From positions 1-35,333 of IMG/VR virus record IMGVR_UViG_3300044266_000147: DNA of 35,333 bases. One strand, given 5' to 3'. Source of the stretch: a virus (taxonomy: Duplodnaviria; Caudoviricetes). Under the pieces are notes generated by a model that was not told the DNA's origin, did no database searches, and saw nothing but the letters and a program-made list of their open reading frames with translations. Positions 1 to 7,318 of this stretch are shown in pieces. Position 1 is the first letter of the stretch. Each line of letters opens with the position of its first letter. The translations under genes were made by a program, and so were the position numbers.

Positions 1-272
1 GGCGTTGGCAATTTCCACAATTCTTTTTCATATTTTAATGTATCGTTTGCAATTGCCCATAAAAATGCATCAAAATCATCTCTTGAATCAAACCAACCAA
101 CCCATCTAATAAATCCATCGTTTAATCTGGCTCGAATACGAAAACTTGTTCTGAATACTGAATTACCAAGTTCATCTTTTTTCTGTGCAATAGATGGATC
201 TCTCCATTCCTTTTGACATACTGGCATCAAAAATTTAGTTCTACAAATATTACGATCAGGCAAAATAATCAT
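1..272 (-). CDS. Hypothetical phage protein, 5' part only (runs off the window edge)
   Basis: ATG at 272 overlaps the TGA of the upstream gene (ATGA coupling). The frame is open to the edge: MIILPDRNICRTKFLMPVCQKEWRDPSIAQKKDELGNSVFRTSFRIRARLNDGFIRWVGWFD... Not in the ORF track. Confidence 0.75.
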   Translation of the reverse strand, partial: MIILPDRNICRTKFLMPVCQKEWRDPSIAQKKDELGNSVFRTSFRIRARLNDGFIRWVGWFDSRDDFDAFLWAIANDTLKYEKELWKLPT

Positions 273-1387
273 TGTAATGCTTTCCACACATATGTTGAAA
301 CGCCGTTTATTCTTCTTACTGATAATATAAATTGTGAACTTGCTGTTGTAGCATATGTATCGCCAGTACCACCAGATTGAATAGTAAATCCAGAAAATGT
401 TAAAGAACCAGCCGAAGAACCATTTAGGATTAAAATATCAATAGCACAATCTTGTGTTGGTGCAGTTATAGTATATGCTGCATTTGATGTTAAATATTGA
501 TAATTACCATTAGCAGCATTTAATGTTATATTTGCAGAAACAACACCCCAATTTCCAGCAACAACATAAAATCCATTTGATACATACGAAGTGCCGTTCG
601 AAGTAAGATTAGCAATATATGTTGATGTGGTGTTAATTGTAACTGCTGAACCAACTCCTACAGAGGTAAGAGCCGAAATAGTACCTTCAACTCTTAACGT
701 ATGTGCTGGAGATGTATTGCCAATACCAGTATTGCCATTTTTATCAATTCTCATTCTTTCTGTTACAGCAGCACTTGGACCATCAGTTCTAGTATAAAAC
801 TGTAAATACCCTGAAAAATCATCAGTACCACCGACAGTATCAACAACAGATCTTATCTGTGACAATTGTTTAAATGATGTACCATCAAATACATATTGCA
901 ACCAATTTCCAACGACATCGCCTGCTACAACTGTGAGAGGCGTTGTGTTTGAACCACGAGCTTTGTATTGATAAATTTGTGGGGATGATGAATTGTTAGA
1001 AAATCTGTAAACATTTAAAGATGACGTTTGATTATCGCCGATTAAAGATAAATTAGCAGAAGTAGTGTTACTATAAACTGTTAATAAAGAAGGAGGTGTG
1101 TTTGTTCCAATACCAAAATAACCATTAGAAACATGATAAGCAGCAGTACCGATAGTAAATGTATTAGTCGATAAATTTATGCTAACAGCGTTTAATGATT
1201 GCGTTCCCAAATATGAAACAGCAGTAGAATTAACCGTCATAACATTTGAAGTGGAATTGCCTTGTATTACAAATCCAGATCCATTAGCAGCAAGTATGAT
1301 AGCAGCACTGGAAGTATTACCAGTTTTTATCGTAAGATCTGTAGTTCCATTTGCTGTTTGAATATTTGTCGTTACTAATGTTGACAT
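269..1387 (-). CDS. Tail fibre-like structural protein
   Basis: 372 aa, rich in T/S/N/G, with fibre-type motifs ERMRIDKNGNTGIGNTSP and YFGIGTNTP. Confidence 0.7.
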   Translation of the reverse strand: MSTLVTTNIQTANGTTDLTIKTGNTSSAAIILAANGSGFVIQGNSTSNVMTVNSTAVSYLGTQSLNAVSINLSTNTFTIGTAAYHVSNGYFGIGTNTPPSLLTVYSNTTSANLSLIGDNQTSSLNVYRFSNNSSSPQIYQYKARGSNTTPLTVVAGDVVGNWLQYVFDGTSFKQLSQIRSVVDTVGGTDDFSGYLQFYTRTDGPSAAVTERMRIDKNGNTGIGNTSPAHTLRVEGTISALTSVGVGSAVTINTTSTYIANLTSNGTSYVSNGFYVVAGNWGVVSANITLNAANGNYQYLTSNAAYTITAPTQDCAIDILILNGSSAGSLTFSGFTIQSGGTGDTYATTASSQFILSVRRINGVSTYVWKALQ

Positions 1388-1415
1388 TAATTATCTACTC
1401 GTTCATTAAAATTAT

Positions 1416-1453
1416 TAAAATTGCAGTCTTACCAGAAACCCAGTAAGACTGCA
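1416..1453 (-). terminator. Intergenic hairpin, probable intrinsic terminator or RNA-stabilising stem
   Basis: Perfect 11-bp inverted repeat TGCAGTCTTAC (1422-1432) / GTAAGACTGCA (1443-1453), followed by ATTTT on the minus strand, just after the stop of 1463..2107. Confidence 0.7.
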
Positions 1454-1462
1454 TTAGTTATA

Positions 1463-2107
1463 TTAGATAGGAACTTCTTCCCAAGTTAATGAACCGATCC
1501 ATGTAGCTGATGTAAGAGCAGCAGAGCCACCTAAAGCAACCATTGTACCAGGAGGAACAACTAATGAACCACCAAGATCGACCATTGTTGGAGCAGAGTT
1601 GAATGCACCAGCAGCTGTTGCCCAATAATAGAAACCAATTGGAATATTGTTTGTTAGTGCAGTAGATGATGTGAGAGCAACGTTAGTGAAGCCTGTCATC
1701 ACCGAACCAGTCTTTTGTAATGTACCCATGTTAACCGCAGAAGATGTAGTAGTCTGAGTAATTGCAGCAGTTGGTCCGAAATATAACGACCAAGCAACAG
1801 TACCAGCAGCAGAAGCGGCAACTATGTTAGCAAAAGACGCATAAAGAATTACAGCGTTTTTACCAGAACCGATTGGATTATAGACAGCAATTTGAGGTGT
1901 ACCACCAGCAGCGCCTGTATAAGCAGTAATAGCAGCAGCAGTTGTTACTGAAAGATTGAATAAGTTGTTACGATATGCTTGTTCGTAATAACGCCCATGA
2001 AGTTCTGAAACTACTATGTCACCAAGTTGGCCTTGACGAATAGATTGTGCAGTTCCAGCAGCAATTGAAGTTGTAGTTGGCTGACCAACTTGTCCTTGTA
2101 CTAGCAT
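1463..2107 (-). CDS. Putative virion structural protein
   Basis: 214 aa, A/T/G-rich and beta-type, with a strong SD (AAGGAG), its own late-promoter-like motif upstream and a hairpin downstream, which suggests high expression. Confidence 0.6.
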   Translation of the reverse strand: MLVQGQVGQPTTTSIAAGTAQSIRQGQLGDIVVSELHGRYYEQAYRNNLFNLSVTTAAAITAYTGAAGGTPQIAVYNPIGSGKNAVILYASFANIVAASAAGTVAWSLYFGPTAAITQTTTSSAVNMGTLQKTGSVMTGFTNVALTSSTALTNNIPIGFYYWATAAGAFNSAPTMVDLGGSLVVPPGTMVALGGSAALTSATWIGSLTWEEVPI

Positions 2108-2138
2108 AGTGTAATTTCTCCTTTTTTAGTTAATTTAA

Positions 2139-2146
2139 TATTTATG
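2139..2146 (-). promoter_or_regulatory. T4-type late promoter variant CATAAATA
   Basis: One mismatch to TATAAATA, about 30 nt upstream of the 2107 start. The same variant precedes the tmRNA. Confidence 0.5.
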
Positions 2147-2591
2147 GGGTAAAATTAGATAGATCTCTTTCGAGAAGATCATTTCTGATTGTTTCGATTT
2201 CTGATTCAGACAAAGAAAATATTTTATTGAAGCCTATTTCATGAAGAATAATATTTGTTATTCTTTGTTCAACTAATATTTTTTTAAGAGTTTCATCTAT
2301 AGAACTGTTTAATGATATGTTAGTTTTTTGATCTATATTATCATCATCATAAAAAATATTTAACTGATCTGAAGTTGAGTGAGTTGATGTATCATATTGT
2401 AACGTTATAATAGAATTGTTAATATTTGATATGCCTAAATTTGGAGCGCCGGGTATATATATAGCAACATTTCTTGTAACATTTATTACAGCATATAATT
2501 TTGATATATTAAAATACGAAAGAGCAGTAAAATCTAAAGTTTTTGCTGTTGGATCAAATATAGGATCAAAATTAGTTAAAAGTCTTTTCAT
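2142..2591 (-). CDS. Hypothetical protein, probably fibre-associated
   Basis: 149-aa ORF with an SD (AGGA), inside the structural operon. Confidence 0.6.
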   Translation of the reverse strand: MKRLLTNFDPIFDPTAKTLDFTALSYFNISKLYAVINVTRNVAIYIPGAPNLGISNINNSIITLQYDTSTHSTSDQLNIFYDDDNIDQKTNISLNSSIDETLKKILVEQRITNIILHEIGFNKIFSLSESEIETIRNDLLERDLSNFTP

Positions 2592-2595
2592 TTAA

Positions 2596-2988
2596 TTATC
2601 CTAAAGCTAAATTATAAGTAAGCATTTGAATTAAAGTTGGTACTGCAACATTGTTTATAGACACTGAACTAGAATTAATGAAAACATTTGTAGTTGTGTT
2701 ACCAATTAAAATTGAAGTAGGAGTTGAAATAGTTCCTTCTACTCTCAATTTATCTATTGGTGTATTATTAGCGATACCAAAATTTCCATTAGCAACATGA
2801 TATGCAGCAGTTCCAATTGTAAATGTATTTGGTGCAGAAAAATTATTTATAACAGTTGCAGAAGAATTAACAATGAGTTGGTCTACACCACCAGCCCTAA
2901 TTGTATATGTATTCGTTGTAACACCACCAACAATACCTGTTGATTTTGAAGATTCAAACCATAAATTTGCTGCTTGAATTTCTGACAT
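2596..2988 (-). CDS. Short tail fibre-like protein
   Basis: 130 aa. Shares the segments NTFTIGTAAYHVxNGxFGI and LRVEGTIS with 269..1387. Confidence 0.65.
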   Translation of the reverse strand: MSEIQAANLWFESSKSTGIVGGVTTNTYTIRAGGVDQLIVNSSATVINNFSAPNTFTIGTAAYHVANGNFGIANNTPIDKLRVEGTISTPTSILIGNTTTNVFINSSSVSINNVAVPTLIQMLTYNLALG

Positions 2989-3614
2989 TAGATTACCACC
3001 AATCTTGAACCTGAAGATACTGTTAATGTTTTACCTGTTGCGATCGTAACAGGACCAGCCATAACAGTGGATGTGCCAACAGGAATTGTAAAATTGTCGT
3101 TAACTGTTTGATTATTTAGAGCTAAAATACCAGGAAGAATAGAAGAACCATTAGCAACAGTATTGACTGTTGTATTCCCAACTGATACAGTATTTGATGT
3201 TTTATCGAACGTAAAACCAGCAGTAGCATTTGCTATACCAGAATCATTAAATTGTATTTGAGTGTTTGAACCGCCTACAGAGCTTCCTCCGATAGCAGCA
3301 GCCCAATAAATTCCAGTACCATTAGATGTTAAAACTTGATTTGCAGTACCAACAGAACCATTGGCTATAATAGATTTTACGTTTATGGAAGACGAGTTAA
3401 CTACTGTGTTGACAGACGAATTGCCTACAATTAATGAAGAATATACAAATTGAGAAGTTAGGTTAGCGCCTAATTCAAATACAGAGGAACCATCAGATGA
3501 GAATAATTTTTGATCTGTTAAATTTATACCAAGTTCGCCAATACTTAACGTAGAAGTATTTGGAACTTTTCCAGCCACAGAAGATCTGCGCAATTTGAAC
3601 ACTGTATTGGCCAA
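2988..3614 (-). CDS. Tail fibre-like protein with N-terminal attachment domain
   Basis: TTG start with SD AGGAG. The N-terminus KLRRSSVAGKVP..LSIGELGINLTDQKLF is typical of phage fibre N-termini. Also has GTANQVLTSNG and QIQFNDSG fibre motifs. Confidence 0.7.
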   Translation of the reverse strand: MANTVFKLRRSSVAGKVPNTSTLSIGELGINLTDQKLFSSDGSSVFELGANLTSQFVYSSLIVGNSSVNTVVNSSSINVKSIIANGSVGTANQVLTSNGTGIYWAAAIGGSSVGGSNTQIQFNDSGIANATAGFTFDKTSNTVSVGNTTVNTVANGSSILPGILALNNQTVNDNFTIPVGTSTVMAGPVTIATGKTLTVSSGSRLVVI

Positions 3615-3647
3615 TTTTGGCTCCTAACTATTCAGTATATACTGAAC

Positions 3648-4121
3648 TTAAAATGTTTCGTCTTGAACTTTCTTAGGTTTTTTCTTAGTAGAATTATATA
3701 ATTCTGTTAACTCGTCATTTTGCCTATCTAATTCAATTTGTAAGTCTGCTATTTTTTTATTATTTGATTCATTCGTTTTTTTATATTGTTTTAAATCAGT
3801 ATCAAGTTCAAAAATAGTTTTTTGTAATTTTTCAACTTTTTCTTCGTATGAAAATTTAATTTTTTGTAAATTCATATTCTCTTCAGTAAGCATTTCAATG
3901 CTATTACTAGCCTGAGAAACAATACTATTTTGATTATCAATAATTGTACTTAATTCTTTTATTTTTTCAATGTGTTGATTCAATTTATCATTCATCAAAT
4001 GTAATTTTATTTCATAATCCAGTTGTTTTCTTACGTAATCAATAATGCACTGTTCTTGTTTTTGAATATAAAGCAAAGTAACATTTTCATTTTGTTGTTC
4101 AGTTTCCATAATATTCTCCAA
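3648..4121 (-). CDS. Coiled-coil hypothetical protein
   Basis: 157 aa rich in E/K/Q/N with heptad-like hydrophobic spacing. Confidence 0.6.
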   Translation of the reverse strand: MENIMETEQQNENVTLLYIQKQEQCIIDYVRKQLDYEIKLHLMNDKLNQHIEKIKELSTIIDNQNSIVSQASNSIEMLTEENMNLQKIKFSYEEKVEKLQKTIFELDTDLKQYKKTNESNNKKIADLQIELDRQNDELTELYNSTKKKPKKVQDETF

Positions 4122-4124
4122 AAA

Positions 4125-5657
4125 TTAAAAACTTCCGCCATCCAATTCTGAGAAAAGTAAAGCAGAACCATTAGATTGTAATACTTGGCCAGTTGTGCCT
4201 AAAGATAATTTTCTAAATCCATTTGATGAATTGGCCACTAAAATATCTTCCGCTGTATATGAACTTAATCCTGTACCACCAGAAGTTCCTGGTAATGCAG
4301 TTGATAATGATAATGTATTTGCTACAATCGCTACGTTTACTGTAGAATTAGCAGTAATAGCAACTGTTGTGGCATTAGTAGTTAAAGCACCAGAAGCAAG
4401 ATATGCTGTTAGAGTTGCAATTCTAAAAGTAGCATCTGAAACATCAACAACGTTGTTACCAGACAATTCTTGTGTTAGATTGTAGAATAGTTTATAAATT
4501 CCGTCTGTGGCGTCTCTGAATAGACCAGTATGTCTATTTGTGCCGTCGTTATAGTTAGCAGCAAAACCAATATCTACAAGATCTGATGTATAATTATTAC
4601 CAGCAAGGTATATAATAGGATCAGAAACCACAACTGAATTAACATTTGTTGTTGTTACGTTACCAGTTACAAGAAGATCACCAGAAATTTGAACATTTCC
4701 ATCGAAATAACCAGTTACAGAATGAACATTTTGAGCATGTACTTCTGCCCATCTCATAGTATTATTACCTAAGTAATAAGTATTATTAGTAGATGGCATT
4801 ACATTGCTGCTTACAGAACCAGTCATAGTAATAGTATCAGCAACATTATTGCCTAATGTTACGTTTCCATTTGCAACAAAATTACCATCTAGATTTATAC
4901 TATTAGCATAAACATCAGTATTATAAGCATAAAGTTTAGTACCAGAAACAGTAAGATTTGATGAAATAACTGTGTTAGTTCCACCAAAACTATTATTTCC
5001 AGTATACGATCCATTTCTTGAAAGGGTATCTGCCATTGCATTTGAATAAGCAGAACCGGCAGCAGAAGATGCATAAGAAACAGCATTAGAATAAGCATTA
5101 TCAGCAGCAGCGTTAGCATATGTTTTTAGAGCATATGAAGATGCTATTGTACCACCTAGATAAGAAGCATTATTGGCTGTCCCAGTATAATTTGTGCTGT
5201 TAACTGATGCAGTACCAATAGTTACTGTATTACTTACAAATAAAGTATTTGTAGTTTTAGTAAATGTGAATCCAGCAACACCATTGGCAAGACCTCCATC
5301 ATTAAATTGAACATAAGTATCAGAACCAGAAGTACTAGCAGGCAATGTATCCCAATAAACGCCTATTCCATTTGATACTAAAACTTGTCCTGAAGTACCA
5401 TATGAATTGTTTGCATTTAGAGCAGTTACGACTAGATTTGCTGTTTTTATAATATCAAGATAGCCAGTAGAGTTGGCCACCAATGCTTGATTTGCTGTTA
5501 ACGTTCCAGGAGTTCTTTTGCCTCCGATTGGGACTACATTACCATTCGAACCGATATAAAGAATATCACCATTTGCAGTAAAAGCCAATTCGCCATTGGC
5601 CAACGATGTCGGAACAGCAGTATTAAGAGATCTCTTTATCTGTATTAAATTTGACAT
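4125..5657 (-). CDS. Tail fibre-like protein
   Basis: 510 aa. N-terminus IQIKRS...PTSLANGELAF is paralogous to 2988..3614. Contains GQVLVSNG/GQVLQSNG repeats and ends in LDGGSF. Confidence 0.75.
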   Translation of the reverse strand: MSNLIQIKRSLNTAVPTSLANGELAFTANGDILYIGSNGNVVPIGGKRTPGTLTANQALVANSTGYLDIIKTANLVVTALNANNSYGTSGQVLVSNGIGVYWDTLPASTSGSDTYVQFNDGGLANGVAGFTFTKTTNTLFVSNTVTIGTASVNSTNYTGTANNASYLGGTIASSYALKTYANAAADNAYSNAVSYASSAAGSAYSNAMADTLSRNGSYTGNNSFGGTNTVISSNLTVSGTKLYAYNTDVYANSINLDGNFVANGNVTLGNNVADTITMTGSVSSNVMPSTNNTYYLGNNTMRWAEVHAQNVHSVTGYFDGNVQISGDLLVTGNVTTTNVNSVVVSDPIIYLAGNNYTSDLVDIGFAANYNDGTNRHTGLFRDATDGIYKLFYNLTQELSGNNVVDVSDATFRIATLTAYLASGALTTNATTVAITANSTVNVAIVANTLSLSTALPGTSGGTGLSSYTAEDILVANSSNGFRKLSLGTTGQVLQSNGSALLFSELDGGSF

Positions 5658-5676
5658 TTTTTTATTTTTTTACCTT

Positions 5677-5952
5677 TTAAAATGTTCCGCCATCTAAATT
5701 TCCGACTGTATTTGACAAATTCATTTTTTCTACAACATATTTATCTGTCGTAGCATCATAAATCAATGTAGCTCCAGTTATTTCGCCATCAGGTACAACA
5801 TCTTGTAAATGATCTAATCTAGTAACACCAGTTCCGCTTATTAATGTTGGTGTATTTTTTAATACAACTGGCTCTGTGGTGCTTATAACACCAGCAACTG
5901 CATTAACAGATACAGATATATTTCTCTTTTTTGCTACGACTACGTTAGTCAT
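5677..5952 (-). CDS. Small fibre-associated protein
   Basis: 91 aa with an LxxLxDV...GATLIYD motif and C-terminal LDGGTF. Coupled to the upstream gene by ATGA. Confidence 0.65.
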   Translation of the reverse strand: MTNVVVAKKRNISVSVNAVAGVISTTEPVVLKNTPTLISGTGVTRLDHLQDVVPDGEITGATLIYDATTDKYVVEKMNLSNTVGNLDGGTF

Positions 5953-6281
5953 CTAGTTACACCCGGAGTGACTGTTATTACACCTTCAACAACTCTTGAA
6001 ATAGCATTTGTTGAAGATTCTGTTATTTCAACATCATAAACATAACGACCAGCCACTAAATTATTTGTTGTGTTCGCATCTAAAGATAATGTGATAGTTC
6101 CGTTAGATGTATTTATAGAAGTTACGAAATTTACAGCAGTTGTAGATGTGTACCATTTTCTTATTTGAGAATTAGCATAAAATCCTGATAATTGAAGAAT
6201 ATCGCCATTTTCATCAGTAAGATTTAAAGTAGCAGAAAATGTTGTTCCTTGATCGATGACCAAATTTGCTTTAGTAGCCAT
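5949..6281 (-). CDS. Conserved phage structural protein (BppU-N-like beta sandwich)
   Basis: Pattern NLVIDQGTTFS...ITLSL...T..L.AGRYVYDVEI...RVVEG.ITVTPGVT, common in T4-like tail regions. Confidence 0.65.
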   Translation of the reverse strand: MATKANLVIDQGTTFSATLNLTDENGDILQLSGFYANSQIRKWYTSTTAVNFVTSINTSNGTITLSLDANTTNNLVAGRYVYDVEITESSTNAISRVVEGVITVTPGVTR

Positions 6282-6292
6282 TTATCATTCCT

Positions 6293-7096
6293 TTATACAA
6301 CAACATTAGTCCTAATACCTTTAATTTGTGTGTTTGCAGCAGTTGGAGTGAAAAGAAGTCTGCAATGCGTTGAATTTGCATTTGCAGAAAAAGTACCTAG
6401 TGATGCATTCGTTGATATGACACCATATTCTGTAACATATGCATCACCAGTATCATGGATTAACAATAATTTTGATGCTTGTTGTGAATTTGCTGAATTG
6501 TCTTTGAGAGACATAACATATTCAGCAGTTCTGTATACAGTTTTATCAAAATAATCAACTACTTGTGAATCTGTATTAGATGTTTGAACATTTACTGTTG
6601 AAACTGAATATCCTGTTATTCCAATTGATGAAGAATTAATTGATGTGTTGATAGTAGAATTACCAATAGATATTAAAGAAGAATTAACAGTAACATTAAC
6701 TATTGAATTTCCTATACTTAACACAGAAGAATTTAAAGTTGTATTTCCAATTGATATTATAGAAGAATTTACAATTGTATTGACAGTTGAATTTCCTATT
6801 GACAACACAGAAGTATTAATTAAAACATTTGATCCAATACTTAATAAATTCCCAGATATGTTTACATTTGAAGTTATTGTTAATACTGCTGAAGTGGATA
6901 CATTACCACCTCTTAATCCAGAATTGGCAGTTAATGTAGTAGCAGAAAATGTCCCATTTACATAAGCATTACCAGTAGTATTGTTTGAATCAGTAGTAAT
7001 AACATAGTTACTCAAAGCATGAGCTAATTCATTGGTTTTTGTTAACCAATAATAAAAAGAATTTGTATTTGATGTATTGGCTACTGATATTGTCAT
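6293..7096 (-). CDS. Fibre-like structural protein with internal repeats
   Basis: N-terminal SFYYWLTKTNEL, central SS(V/I/L)(L/I)SIGN repeats, C-terminal domain YRTAEY...LLIHD...AYVTEYG. Confidence 0.7.
   Translation of the reverse strand: MTISVANTSNTNSFYYWLTKTNELAHALSNYVITTDSNNTTGNAYVNGTFSATTLTANSGLRGGNVSTSAVLTITSNVNISGNLLSIGSNVLINTSVLSIGNSTVNTIVNSSIISIGNTTLNSSVLSIGNSIVNVTVNSSLISIGNSTINTSINSSSIGITGYSVSTVNVQTSNTDSQVVDYFDKTVYRTAEYVMSLKDNSANSQQASKLLLIHDTGDAYVTEYGVISTNASLGTFSANANSTHCRLLFTPTAANTQIKGIRTNVVV
6636..6850 (-). repeat. Degenerate peptide repeat (N-S-S-x-x-S-I-G-N, about 5 copies)
   Basis: LLSIGSN, NTSVLSIGNSTV, NSSIISIGNTTL, NSSVLSIGNSIV, NSSLISIGNSTI. Confidence 0.8.
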
Positions 7097-7308
7097 TTAT
7101 TGAGTTTCTCTAAAATTGTAGATAATAAGTTTTTTATCTCTTTTACTTCATCTTTAAGATTATTTATATCATTAAAATTTGATTTTAACTCATTTAATTC
7201 TTTAAACTTTTTTTTCTGAGTTTTATAAGCGTTCAGAGCAGCATTATCAGTATTTAATACTGCTCCATTGTTTGTTGCATCTCTAATATAACCATCATTC
7301 CCTTTCAT
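7093..7308 (-). CDS. Small coiled-coil protein that typically follows the VrlC-like gene in T4-like phages
   Basis: The likely start is ATG 7308 (SD AAGGA) rather than 7335. Sequence YIRDATNNGAVLNTD..ALNAYK...INNLKDEVKEIKNLL. Confidence 0.75.
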   Translation of the reverse strand: MKGNDGYIRDATNNGAVLNTDNAALNAYKTQKKKFKELNELKSNFNDINNLKDEVKEIKNLLSTILEKLNK

Positions 7309-7318
7309 ATATTTATCC

